From Balanoglossus misakiensis (lineage: Eukaryota > Animalia > Hemichordata), in NCBI GenBank assembly GCA_040954595.2, contig CM082598.2:8571097-8635096 (forward strand): DNA of 64,000 bases, given 5' to 3'. A model generated the notes under the pieces. The model saw nothing but the letters and a program-made list of their open reading frames with translations. It was not told the origin of the DNA and searched no databases. Of this stretch, positions 38,501 through 48,616 are shown piece after piece. Position numbers and translations under genes: made by a program. Each line of letters opens with the position of its first letter. Position 1 is the first letter of the stretch.

Positions 38501-41500
38501 TGTATTGACTTGTCATTTTCATTTTTTCATAGATTTCCTTATTGCAACGATATACTATTATATACTTCAATAATACTTTAAGAAATATATAATTGAGGTG
38601 TGAGGAGCCTCATTCCCTTTATTGCATACAGTGTACATAGGATCAGGACGGCGAATGTTTTGGGCGTGGGGGGGGGGGGTCATCATATTTTTGGATCTGT
38701 CAAAGGGGGGGTCATCATTTTTTGGTCCGGGGTGAAGGGAGAGTCGGCCTGATTTTGAGAACCGATGACAAAAACTTGCCCCCCCCCCTGCCGTAAAAAC
38801 TGAACGGTCCCTTATTTCTTTTAAACATATTGTCATCGTGGGGAGGAGCTCGAGTAATGACTCGGGTAGTGACCAAATTGAGAGTTGATTTTTAACATCA
38901 GTTTGAATTATCACAGAACATTTTCATTTTCAGTGAAAAATGCATCAGAGGATCTCGGCGTATGGCTTGGTAATTATCAGACACCTATAGATAAAAGCAC
39001 CGTCTCCGGGGTGTATGTGGACAGTGAAGCAGTCACTCACTATGCATTGACAGCAACGGTAAACCTCACACATTACATGAAACTAACCAACTTTTGCATA
39101 TTAGCAACTCTACTCTTTGAAAGTACCATCAAACCACCCATCTCGGTATGGTGCTCAGCCGGGGTGGGGTTGGGGTTGGGGGGTGTAAATGCACTAAAAT
39201 TATATGCACCATGCAGTCATCATCCTCTGTCATCATAATCCGAGGTCTGATGCCCAATGACACAACATATGAATGGAACTCGCAAAACACAGGCAAGGTT
39301 TACCTCAAAAAGTTCATTTGTACAAATTGTGGAGTTCATTTTGTATGGGTTGCTCATCGTTGTAGGCACTATCGAGATACTCTGCAATGCAAATCACCAT
39401 GGAAGCATCAGCGCCTGTCTTCGAAACTACTACAGCATACGTGTCACTGGAAAGACTTGACGCCGTCGGTGGCAACATTGGTTTCCATTATGTAACTGAC
39501 TTGGTATTTGCAGGGGGTACAACATCCATATTTCTACCAGAAGCAAAGATCACCAGGACGGGATTGTACTACATAGTCTTTGACCTTACCAGTGGTAAGA
39601 TTGTGTAATATTTTCATGATTAAAACAACTATTGTACGATGATCGTTGATTAAAATATACAGCAGTGTTTCTTACCTTTTTGGCTGTTCGTGTTACTGTT
39701 AATTTCAGAAATCAACATGCGTATGTAGAATGTTATGCTACGATCTTGCGGTTTTAATATTGAGCTGCCATTTTTTTAAATCTTATTGTAATATGCTTGG
39801 CGTCAATCCAGCTCCTGATTGGCAAGAAGACCTGGAACCTGAACAATGAATAGTTACAAAAGATAACCTGGATGGAACACGTAGAATTGAACGCGCCTGA
39901 ATAGGGCACACTCTATGATTGCCTTTCAAGAGGGCGCCATCAATGACCTTTGGCTTTTCAGAGACGCGGTAAAGAGGTCTCTCCAAATCCGTTTCGTTCA
40001 ACCATGGTTCAACCAATGAGAGCGCTGAAGTGGCGTTCGATTTAGGGGAAGGTAACTGATTCGTCAATGGCGTTCCATCGGAAGTATCACCATAGTTACC
40101 TACTTACTTCACAATTTCATTTTTATAGATCGATCACCAAAAATTGAGATAATCCGAATTATTTTACACGTAATCATAATTTACGCGTACTAGTATCATT
40201 TGTTGTTCTTAACGTCTGTTCCACACGTATGCCACGTCACGTGACAAGGACGTTACGCGTACTGATCGAACGTGCATGCGATCCATGCACACGATGGAAC
40301 TTCTGTCTGGCATATTAGCCAATCACATGAAGCAACATCTTGCATGGTACTAGCCAATCAGAGCGCGAGCTCAAACGGATTTGGAGAGACGTCTTCGCTG
40401 AACACTGCGTCTCACGTGACTAGGCAAAAAGACGCGTCACGAAGATAGACGCAGATAAAGGCCGTCCGCCATTTTGTAATGTGTTAGTTTTTTGACACTC
40501 CGGTAGTGGGCTAATGCGCATGTCTGTTGTAAAACTTACGTACATTTGTGTCAGTAGTTGTATTGATTTAAGCTTCACTTCCATCATAAACTGTTGTTGT
40601 TTTTTTAATATGTATATTCGGGAAGAGTAAAAATGAATGTCAAGAAACGCGACAGATTGAATGTAGCCCGGAAGTTATAGAACGTTCATTTATTAGCCAA
40701 TCAGATTCCACAATTCTAAATATGGCGGTTTCTGTTTACCTGCCTCTTTGGTGTTTGTCACCGAGGCAGGGTACCAGCCAAGATTCGCCGAACACTGCGT
40801 CTCACGTGACTTCACGAAGATAGACGCAGATAAAGGCCGACGGCCATTTTGAAAAGTTTTAGTTTTTTGACACTTTCCTGGAAGTGGGCTAATGCGCATA
40901 CCAGCCAAATGCGCATGTCTGTTGTAAAACTTACGTACATTTGTGTCAGTAGTTGTATTGATTTTAGCTTCACTTCCATCATAAACTGTTGGTTTTTTTA
41001 AAAATATGTATATTCAGGAAGAGTAAAAATGAATGTCAAGAAACGCGACAGATTGAATGTTTCCCGGAAGTTATAGAACGTTCATTTATAAGCCAATCAG
41101 ATTCCATAATTCTAAATATGGCGGTTTGTGTTTACCTGCCTCTTTGGTGTTTGTTACCGAGGCAGGGTACCAGCCAACAGCCAAGAGAGACGTCTTGCAC
41201 CGCGTCTCTGAAAAGCCAAAGGTCATTGACGGCGCCCTCTGGAGAGGCAAACTCTATTAATCTTACTGGCTGTGGCATAAAGTCGCGCGAAATTCTAGAA
41301 CATGTTTGGACGCGCTCAGCTCATGCAGCTGGGATGTTCTGGATCAGTGAATGCCGAGGCCCTTGAACTGGCATGATTTATTCCCAACCAAACAACGGAT
41401 TTGAAAAAAATGAAATTGTTTAGAGGTTATAAACGGCTTGGGCGGTGATTATTTCCCGGCAAATATGCTAATTTTAACCTGAGAGGTCTTATATCATCAC

Positions 41501-43343
41501 CAAATACCCGAGCGCACCGTTTATAACCTCATTATAATATGATTTTGCTTGATAAAGATAAACAATTTCATTTTTTTTCAAATCCCTTGTTTGCTTGGGA
41601 ATAAATCATGCTAGTTCAAGGGCCTCATCGCGCACTGTTTCAGAACACGCAAGCTGAGCGCGTGCAGACGTGTTCTAGAATTTCTAAAATGTGTACTGGA
41701 CAGGCGCATTCTCTTCTACATGTTTTATTTTGGTTACTTTTTTTAAACTATTCACTGTTCAGGGTCCAGATACTAGGTCTGCTTGCTCGGCTCCAGCCAA
41801 TCAGCGAGCTGGATTCACACCAAGCATATTATAATTATTTTTATCAAGCAAAATCATATTATAATTAGGTTATAAACGGTGCGCTCGGGTATTTGGTAAT
41901 GATATAAGACCTCTCAGGTGAAAATTAGCATATTCGTGTGAAATAATCACCTCGCTTTGCTCGGTGATTATTTCCCGCCAAACATGCTAATTTCACCTGA
42001 GAGGTCTTATATCTAAAACCAAATACCCTCGCTAGCCGTTTATAACCTCTAACTATCCAACTTAGATCGGTCCTGATTTATACTTTTACATCTTGTCGAT
42101 GCCCGATTGTGACTGTATGTTGCAATTTGAACAAATGCTGAACCCGTTTAACCATCCTCCGTACACAAAACACATGGTATGCGTCCTGTATTTTCTGTCC
42201 TGAATTTTTTTTTTGGTTTTTGCCTTTAGCAATATAAGACAAAGGTTTATAAATTTCATGTTCTGAGTGCACACTACCAGTTGATTTTATGTGGAATCGG
42301 TTAATGTAGCTGTTCTGTATTTATTTTTCCATACAGTCCATGGGGTTGACATCAAGGTTCTCACGACTCAACACAGATGTAGTTACTTTGATGAGAATAA
42401 TTGGCAGAGTGATGGTTGTAAGGTATACAAATTAATATCTTCTAAATTTTGCCAGAAATGAAATGCTCTATGTACTTCAAAGTGACGAAACTAAAGAAAA
42501 AGTGGCAATCCGTGTGATTTTAGGGGATACTGTTCATAAATATGTAACAAAACTAAAAATGCAGAAGGTACTGCACCTTACGATTAATGTTTACACGTTA
42601 AAATTACTGTAAACATTAAAGGCACGTAAGCTGTAACTTTTGGGATAATTTTCATAATTTTTTGTTTTAAACTGCACTACCATTAGTCCATGCAGATGAA
42701 GGCAGTGAACTATACACAAGCATTATAAACATTAAATATGAGTGCATATGCAAGTTTTAACCAGATAAATAAGACAGCTTTGCCGCAAGCGATTATGGCC
42801 ACCACCGTGGGAAAATGAAAGAAACAATGAAAATGTCGCATTTCCGGTTGTGAAACTTCATAAACAAAACATGATCTCATCCACATGAGCTCATGGAAGT
42901 AAATGTACACCACTGAGACATCAGATTTTCATTTTTCATTGCAATATTGCACTTTTTTAAAAATTTCAGGAATTTTCGTTTTTCTTTAATTTTTGGCCAT
43001 TTTGTCATAAATAAGTGTTGAGCTTGATATATTATCATGAAATAGCATTTAATAGACATAATTAAAAGCATATATGAGATTATTTAAAACTTATTAAAAA
43101 ATTTTTTATCCAGTTGCAGCTTACGTGCCTTTAAAACTGTACTAATTCACGTATTTAAAGTAACGCTGGGACGTGAACCAGGTGTTTGATCTTGTTTCAA
43201 TTGCAAAGAAACGCCCACTGCTGTGTCAATACTTTTATTTTCTGCTTTTTATCTTGCAGGTGTCACCAAGATCCGGCTTCAATTATACCCTGTGTCTGTG
43301 TAATCACCTGACTGTTTTCAGTGCAATGGTGGGAGTTGTTTAA
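1786..43343 (+). CDS. Spliced gene (12 exons found, 5' end missing): CTLD-CTLD-GAIN/GPS protein, polycystin-1-like (PKD1L2/L3-type) ectodomain with no visible TM region
   Basis: Exons 1786-2050, 7754-7815, 24760-25033, 35030-35103, 35634-35704, 35883-35973, 36762-37096, 37388-37496, 38934-39058, 39366-39594, 42337-42422 and 43260-43343. Each has an AG acceptor and all but the last a GT donor. They join in phase without stops (1805 nt = 2 + 601 codons). The GPS motif reads CSYFDENNWQSDGC...CLCNHL|TVF. Confidence 0.8.
2145..3190 (+). repeat. 20-22-bp minisatellite (TTTA[T/A]...GTTGTCTTGTGCA) with a 423-bp higher-order duplication
   Basis: Tandem units are directly visible. Near-identical ORFs are offset by 423 bp (2308-2499 and 2731-2922). 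Confidence 0.95.
3440..5659 (+). mobile_element. Helentron-associated non-autonomous element (HINE/DINE-1-like)
   Basis: 5' hairpin agggcccaagcc..gcttgggccct, with a matching subterminal IR and short stem at the 3' end (gcttgggccc...cagctatatt). It is inserted at T|T without a TSD; the empty site is visible in the right foldback arm. Contains internal ~237-bp repeats. Confidence 0.7.
4126..4915. mobile_element. TTAA-specific MITE (Kolobok-like) nested in the HINE
   Basis: TIRs gatgggtcccccggatc.../...gatccgggggacccatc, with TTAA on both sides. The empty site cctgcttaactcatt is present at about 18485. Confidence 0.85.
6510..6990 (-). repeat. Same minisatellite, inverted, shorter array
   Basis: TGCACAAGACAAC units, the reverse complement of 2145-3190. 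Confidence 0.95.
7006..7418. mobile_element. TTAA-specific MITE (Kolobok-like) in the right foldback arm
   Basis: Termini ggatgtacg...cgtacatcc with TTAA duplicated. The empty site gccTTAAgtg is at 2125-2134. Confidence 0.85.
7754..7815 (+). CDS. Exon: C-type lectin-like domain 1, C-terminal part
   Basis: cacag acceptor and gtaagt donor. Phase 2 to 1 fits both neighbours. Reads NKGWQYLKCWHTILVLCENA (W....C......CE). Confidence 0.75.
7847..8633. mobile_element. PIF/Harbinger-like MITE
   Basis: Perfect ~30-bp TIRs ggctgcattcacaaacacctctggagggggg and a TAA target duplication. Confidence 0.85.
8748..9190 (+). mobile_element. HINE-like short element
   Basis: Subterminal IR tatgtcgcc/gtgacata, a (ctgt)n microsatellite near the 5' end and a 3' hairpin. 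Confidence 0.45.
9894..10468. mobile_element. Crypton-like non-autonomous element with a long terminal hairpin
   Basis: ~150-bp palindrome agcaataacccc...ggggttattgct. A second copy lies at 54244-54769. Confidence 0.6.
10537..14421 (-). pseudogene. pol: Gypsy pol (protease, RT, RNase H, integrase), frameshifted
   Basis: Motifs VVDTGS (14179-14421); SPWASP/RFCVDYR/MPFGL/YLDD (12695-13456); DTDAS/KELLA/TDH (12331-12731); integrase C..C, VD, ERYNRT, W.GPY (10537-11818). Confidence 0.95.
17513..19494 (+). mobile_element. HINE/Helentron-type element interrupting the LINE endonuclease
   Basis: Same architecture and related sequence as 3440-5659. Removing it restores the frame ...TKIIMGIVYR with no TSD (T|T site). 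Confidence 0.75.
18207..19380 (+). repeat. About 5 tandem copies of a ~237-bp unit inside the HINE
   Basis: ggaccaaaataagaagccaaat recurs at about 18207, 18443, 18681 and 18918, with a variant at about 19156. Confidence 0.95.
20431..21923 (-). pseudogene. gag: Gypsy gag, continuing at 14540-14625 across the LINE insertion
   Basis: Motifs FDGST.W..Y..QFE.VAQMNGW, GESLPELA.DIE.L...AYP and DQFVDA. A degenerate zinc knuckle HFARDCP lies at about 14550-14600. Confidence 0.85.
21945..24133 (+). mobile_element. CR1/L2-group LINE, 5'-truncated, inserted in the Gypsy 5' LTR
   Basis: Long RT frame (NYRPIS, GVPQGS, FADD), (AAT)n tail and a 7-bp TSD ATATGTG (21938-21944, 24134-24140). Confidence 0.93.
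24760..25033 (+). CDS. Exon: C-type lectin-like domain 2, N-terminal part
   Basis: ttttgcag acceptor and gtgagt donor. Reads TYQLCEKLGMRLL...KIWIDA...GSCIYV, with the same phases as exon 1786-2050. Confidence 0.75.
27275..27850. mobile_element. TTAA-specific MITE (Kolobok-like)
   Basis: TIRs aggtctcatgccatgc/gcatggcatgagacct with a TTAA TSD. Confidence 0.85.
28366..29023. mobile_element. Crypton-like non-autonomous element
   Basis: ~185-bp terminal palindrome (28369-28553). The other end reads agccaatca...gtgtaataa. Confidence 0.55.
29729..33567. repeat. 1.92-kb direct tandem duplication (29729-31648 / 31649-33567)
   Basis: Near-identical copies differing by a few substitutions and homopolymer lengths. 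GGGCTT microhomology at the junctions. Confidence 0.95.
31880..34982 (-). mobile_element. DIRS1-type tyrosine-recombinase retrotransposon, internally deleted
   Basis: Inverted terminal repeats (about 31945-32047 and 34865-34965). Internal complementary region 32365-32476 matches both ends. gag 33579-34614. RT start LAGRL..F.ENW..LT.D. RNase H fragment (DN, HLPG.NN.IAD..S) and a YR N-terminal fragment. Confidence 0.85.
35030..35103 (+). CDS. Exon: C-type lectin-like domain 2, C-terminal part
   Basis: tacag acceptor. Reads YRSGKCEWFTDDCNKPLGLVCEDN. Phase 2 to 1. Confidence 0.8.
35634..37496 (+). CDS. Four exons (35634-35704, 35883-35973, 36762-37096, 37388-37496): N-terminal part of GAIN domain
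   Basis: In-phase splicing. Helical segments are followed by PIIVKTSSLVLHLE...GFNIPPA...MLSLEFRDEDGNEIK, which resembles PKD1-family GAIN domains. Confidence 0.75.
36329..36674. mobile_element. Palindromic MITE (Kolobok-like)
   Basis: Almost the whole element is an inverted repeat: ttaa|agggacaaagt...actttgtccct|tta. Confidence 0.75.
37646..37790. repeat. Isolated Crypton-like terminal palindrome
   Basis: ggttattacgaaaatac...gtattttcgtaataacc hairpin. Confidence 0.55.
37858..38811. mobile_element. PIF/Harbinger-like MITE, same family as 1-692, inverted and truncated
   Basis: Same terminus ctgaacggtccc|TTA. The interior is the reverse complement of 1-480, with an internal duplication. Confidence 0.7.
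38934..39594 (+). CDS. Two exons (38934-39058, 39366-39594): GAIN domain, PKD1L-type insertion
   Basis: Read VKNASEDLGVWL... and ...TTSIFLPEAKITRTGLYYIVFDLTS. Phases 1 to 0 and 0 to 1 fit. Confidence 0.7.
40400..41178. repeat. ~390-bp tandem duplication within a degraded repeat
   Basis: gaacactgcgtctcacgtgact...gaggcagggtaccagccaa occurs twice. A flanking IR pairs 39931-39970 with 41199-41238. Confidence 0.85.
41290..42051. mobile_element. Two Crypton-like elements of one family, one (about 41420-41834) inserted in the other in opposite orientation
   Basis: 41290-41420 + 41838-41945 is the reverse complement of about 41455-41683. Terminal hairpins read aggttataaacgg...ccgtttataacct. Confidence 0.65.
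42337..43343 (+). CDS. Two exons (42337-42422, 43260-43343): GPS motif and stop codon
   Basis: Read HRCSYFDENNWQSDGCK and VSPRSGFNYTLCLCNHLTVFSAMVGVV*. The HL|T cleavage triad is canonical. TAA at 43341-43343. Confidence 0.9.
42620..43130. mobile_element. TTAA-specific MITE (Kolobok-like) in the intron splitting the GPS motif
   Basis: TIRs aggcacgtaagctg/cagcttacgtgcct with a TTAA TSD. Confidence 0.85.
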
Positions 43344-43978
43344 TCGGATGGACAGTGCTACGTTTAGCACAGGGGCGTCCGTGTGGTCTACAGAGCTGCA
43401 TGATGGGACGAGTTCCAAACAAATGATGTACCATTCAACACGTTTTCGTTTTTTCTGCTTCTCAAATTTACTTTAGACTTTAAGAAGCAAGAGATGTTCA
43501 CATAGTTGTTTTGGAAATCGATTTTTGTTGATAATGCATTAAATGTAAAAAGCATAGATTGGCTAGAGTTGCCCATAACTTGTCCGAAAGAGAAGCGTTC
43601 TGTTGAGAATTTGATATGTCTTTAATAAGAATGCAATTTGTTAATTGGTTGCGTGCGTCTATGTTTGATTTTGTTCATAAAGTACATGTACTATGTAATG
43701 TATTGATTTCTTTGTAATCTGCCAGGATATGATATATACATGTATACATTGGTCAATATTTCTGTTTTGTAAAAAACAGTACTGTCCCTTGCCATTTTAA
43801 TCACCCGTAATTGTACTTTTCATTTATTGGTGGAGTTATAGTATTCTGTAACTTTAAAACAAAATGTATGTTTTTGTCTTGGATTGCTCTAGATATTTCT
43901 GGTTGCCATTAAAGCGTATGCTTACTGTTCACTATGTATGTGTTGCGCTTTATTTCCCACGAATCAAATTACATTTAA

Positions 43979-44163
43979 AGGTAAATGGTCACCTATGGAA
44001 ATTTAGCTACAGTTACCATGGTAAACTTGAGATCTGGCCAATCATGGATTTTCAGTGGGTGGTACACGCGAAAAAAGACCACCAGCATATGTTCTATAGA
44101 ACCCTAAAATACGCCATTTCAGCCATATATGGGCATATGTAAATTGGAGGTGACTGTATAGCT
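43979..44163. mobile_element. Short TTAA-flanked MITE
   Basis: Imperfect TIRs with TTAA on both sides. An inverted copy lies at about 62843-63015. Confidence 0.65.
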
Positions 44164-44276
44164 TTAATTGATGAAGCCCTCTTCCGCCATTTCCACCCAT
44201 TTTGGGGCAAAAAACAACAACCGATCAAGTTGTGAATAGTTTTTTTTTCTGAATAAATGAAATTAAAAGTCAGAAA

Positions 44277-44316
<40 letters not shown>

Positions 44317-45745
44317 CTTTCTTTAAAGAGGGTAATCTGATTACAAATGAATTGTAATTCACATCAGGGCCCTCATGAAAAAAAAATACAATTTCATATA
44401 AATAGTGAATCGTAAATACACAACTGAAACAAAAACCAAAAAAAAAGAGCGAGGACATAGATAAATGAAAGAATAAATAAATAAATAAATGAGAATCCAA
44501 TCAAACAATGAGCTATCAATCCAAATCTGAACCTTCATTACAAAATTTCGTAAAAAGGTAACTGTACAATGCTGATTTAAATGATGATAAACTCGCATGG
44601 TTACGGATATATACAGGAATTGAGTTCCAAGTTTTTGCAGCTCGATAGGCAAACGACCTTTGACCCATGGCAGTCCTGAACCTTGGTGGGTAGAGGTCAC
44701 CGGCGCTGACACTTCGAGTATTTAAACGATTCATTTCTGAGAGAGGTCGGATAAGATCCCTAATATAGTTGGGTGCGAGGTCATTTAGAGCTTTGGAAGT
44801 CATAATAGCCGTGAAATATACAATGCGAAAATCAACAGGTAACCAATGCAGACTGATGAGAAGAGAACGGAATGAAAATGTCGTGTCCACTCCAAGGATT
44901 ACCCTAGCAGCTCTTTTTTGAACTTTATACAATCTTTGGAGGTTTGTCTTTGACGTATTACCCCAAACTATACAGCAGTAGTCAAACAAAGAGAGAAACA
45001 AAGCATTGTAAGCCAATAAAAGTACATGTCTTTGACAAAAAATGCGCAGTCGTTTGAGAACACCAATTCTAGTCGAAAGGTTTTTACAAAGATTGTTGAT
45101 GTGGTCGTCCCAACTTAACATGTTGTCAATTTGAATACCAAGTAACTTGTGGGTAGTGACATTGTCGATTTGAGTGCCATTAATAAGAACACGAAACGTA
45201 ATGTCAGAGTCAAAGAACACTCTGATTTTGGGACACGATGCAATAACCATACACTTTGTTTTTGTAGTATTTATAGCCATGTTATTGTTGTGAACCCAGT
45301 GTGAGACAGGAAGGAGATCACCATTCATACCACTTTCAATGTGTTTGATATCAATGCCAGAAACACACATGGTCTGGTCGTCGGCAAACATATTCAAACT
45401 TCCCGACATGAGGCAGAGTGGAAGATCATTGATGAACATTAAAACTAAGAGTGGTCCTAAAATAGAGCCTTGAGGTACACCGCTTGTCATTGGCATAACG
45501 TCAGAGTCTGCTCCCATGTATGAAACAAATTGACTACGTTCTGAAAGGTATGACCGAAACCACTTGAGCGACATTTCGGAAAGCCTGTATACAGACAGTT
45601 TGGAAAGCAAAATTTCATGATCAACAAGATCAAAAGCTTTACATAAATCTAAATACATAACACCGGTGTATAAACTCTCATCCATATTCAGTAATAGCTG
45701 ATCTGTAAACTTGAGTAAAGCAGTATGACAAGAGTGGTGTTGTCT
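44277..45745 (-). mobile_element. CR1/L2-group LINE, 5'-truncated, related to 21945-24133
   Basis: RT ORF 44516-45757 (YLDLCKAFD, GVPQGS, FADD), a similar 3' UTR and an (AAT)n tail. Confidence 0.92.
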
Positions 45746-45789
45746 ATGCAACGTCAACTGAACTTAACTTTCCTTTGAGAAGAAAAAAA

Positions 45790-46280
45790 ACAGAAATCAT
45801 GACCATCACCAAAAACTACACATACGATTATTTGTAATCCTGACCACGAAAAGTTCATGAACAATAACTGGTAAAGAAAACGGTTCATGTTCTTTTTGTG
45901 TCTTGGTTAGAATTCTGGCAGATCATCTCGTCATTTTGTGATGAGAAATTGCTGATGTGTCTAAGCTTTGATATAGACTACTGAATGACATGTTTCATTT
46001 ACAAATACCATTGAGAACAATGCAAGTTATTCATTGGTGCACATGGCCAAGGAATTACACTATCCAAGTGTTCTAGTGGATGAGGTCAAGGTGGGAAATG
46101 GAACCTTTTCATACTATTTTGCATTTTCTAAAGGTGGCGGTCATATTCCTTAGCGGCTAGGCTTTGATATTTATCTGGTTAAAACGGTAGGTAGATTTTT
46201 CAGATACTTTCTTACCATATCTGCTGCGTTGAATTCATAAGCATATATCTTCACCAACATTTCCCACAACAGACGTAAAT
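45790..46280 (-). pseudogene. Decayed paralogous exons of the GAIN gene, inverted orientation
   Basis: The minus-strand exon 46216-46280 (cag...gtaaga) reads DLRLLWEMLVKIYAYEFNAADM against DLLLLRERLVKISNDEFRTADV of exon 35634-35704 (13/22 identical, same phases). About 45790-45990 shows patchy DNA similarity to exon 36762-37096. Confidence 0.65.
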
Positions 46281-46820
46281 CTGCAATTCTAGAGAGACAA
46301 TTTGTCATTTTCCACCGCCTCTTGTGTCATCTGCATTACGCATTAAGAATTTAGCGGGACAATTCTTATTCGCCCAGGCCTTTATGTGTTCTACGCATCA
46401 AAATACACTTCCGTAAAACAGACGGTGTTTAGAAGTATCTATGTTTAATGACTGAACAACCAGTCACCTTACATGTCATGAAAAAACACTTATTTGGAGC
46501 ACCATGACTTTGTAGTGAAAATTCTTATATAATTTCAATTTTCCGGGAGAACTCCGATTAATCTCAGCGCGACCATGATTCAATGGATTTTACACAAAAT
46601 TCCATGTTCTAGACCACTTTCTTTAAAGAGATAATAGCTGGATGTAACGAAATGGCTATAATTGTAGTATTTTTGTTCCAAATACTAATTGCGATTTCTT
46701 GTTCTACTCCATACAACATGCTAATATACCCATAACTCCACTTGTCAACATATCCTGTACGTGTTTAACGGCAATTGTTATTGAGACCAATAAATTCTAG
46801 TTTGGTCTTGAAATCATTTT

Positions 46821-47370
46821 TAGGTCCCATTGGTTTATACCATGGGTATGGGATCGGTTGCGTCTGTATGTATGTATGGATGGATGGATGTATGTCCGTC
46901 CACATCAGAAACTTGAAAACCGCTGCGTGTATCACCTTGATATTTGGTGTGCTGTTGCAGGCTGGGCTGTAGATGGGAGTTTGTTCAAATGAAGTTGTCA
47001 TTGCCAAAAATATGAAAATTAGCTGGAAAAATGTGAATTTGGTCAAAACTCAGTAACTCAAGAACTACTGGTCAAATAGCTTTACAAAGTGGTGTGTATT
47101 TACTTTATTGAGTTGTTTTAATTAGGCAGTGATATTTATATACACAGCAAATTCCTGAATGATTACATAACTGGCTAAGTTTTAAAGAGGCCAGCTGTTC
47201 TATTTAATATATATACAGTAAATATGCCATTGGCAGCTTATGGGTCAGTCAGTGTTTGTCCATTGATTTCTCGCTATGTGTGTGTGTGTGTATATATATG
47301 GCCATGTACTCCGGTGTAGAATTTTTCTTGTGTAATCCCTCAATGGGACCACTGTGTCCTTGACGCGATT
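46821..47370 (+). mobile_element. HINE/DINE-1-like element
   Basis: Subterminal IR ggtcccattg/caatgggacc, a (gtat)(ggat) microsatellite near the 5' end, a 3' stem and T-rich flanks. Confidence 0.6.
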
Positions 47371-48616
47371 TTTTTTTTCAAAATAAAAATGCTGACTATA
47401 TCTATAAAAGCACGATTATAATCACTATTATAATCGCATTTATAGACATGCTTCTTAGTGATCAAGTTTTACAGTTTTCTATTATCCGACAGGGAGCTTT
47501 ACAGCACTTTAGTCTCCGGGGGGAGACACTTCATGGAAGAGCAACTTCTTTTCCCGCCTTGACAATATTTGCAGTTTCCTATAGGGGGGAGTCAATACTA
47601 GGAACAGCCTTTTCCATTTTACAGCCGCGACTTCAAGTCAACGAGCTGGTTCATCTCCTCGAATTTTCACTTTTTCTTCGAATTTTCAGGCAAGTGCCAA
47701 TTTCCTACCATTCATAAGGTTTTGTAGAGAATTGCATATAGCATTGGCGGTAAATGCTAAGGCTATTTTCTTGTTTACGAAGTAGTTGTCGGTATATATG
47801 TTATTCAATATTTCATAGTAGCTTTCATTTAACGCCGTTTCACAGTTTTGCATCCCGAGTTGTAATTACATTTTATGGTATAGTTTTACAAGCCACACAT
47901 TGATATATTACGGCGTCCGTTTTTACCTTTTTCCAAGGTTTTCATCTACGTGGTTTATTTTCATTTTACATTACATTACGCACTTTCTTCTCTCAAATTT
48001 TGAGACTTGGTTTTTACATCTAGACTTTTCATTGTACGAGTGCAACATGATGCAAGTGAAGGTATCTTTACTCGCCAGAAATTATCGGGCGATACAAATG
48101 ATAGTCTTTTTCATAGAAAAGACGTTTACTTTTTATTTTAATTTGTCTCTGTCAGGATTTATTGTTGGGATCATTTATAAATCAGTGCTTGCATCTTTTC
48201 ACGGTGCAATTCCCGCCTGACGGGTCACATGATCAATTTTAGCAGGTTTATTTTGCTACTTTGTTTGACTTTTCCCGCCGAACCATTACCTCGGGTCGGG
48301 ACATTCTGGCAATTTTATCGTTACCCAGTTGTGGTTTTGCTATGCATGTCACAAGTATTATACATCAATTTTCTCGGTAACCATATCATATGGTGGCCAT
48401 TTATAAGGTGTTTTCCTTTTTCACGTTAATTAACTCACAATACCCTTAATTAGAAGGGTTGTTTTTCTGAGGAGTATATTGCTGATAGTTTATTTTACAT
48501 TTTACAGTTTTTATTGGCACTCCTACATAGCTATGTTATTCGATTATTTTAGCCAATAAGGGCATATAATTTTTAGCACACTTTACTTGTACTTAATATT
48601 TAAATTCATCAACAGC

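Noticed and set aside
39217-39300. Possible extra exon SSSSVIIIRGLMPNDTTYEWNSQNT
   Set aside because: It is not needed for phase continuity, has no convincing donor, and partly matches intronic sequence at about 37540.
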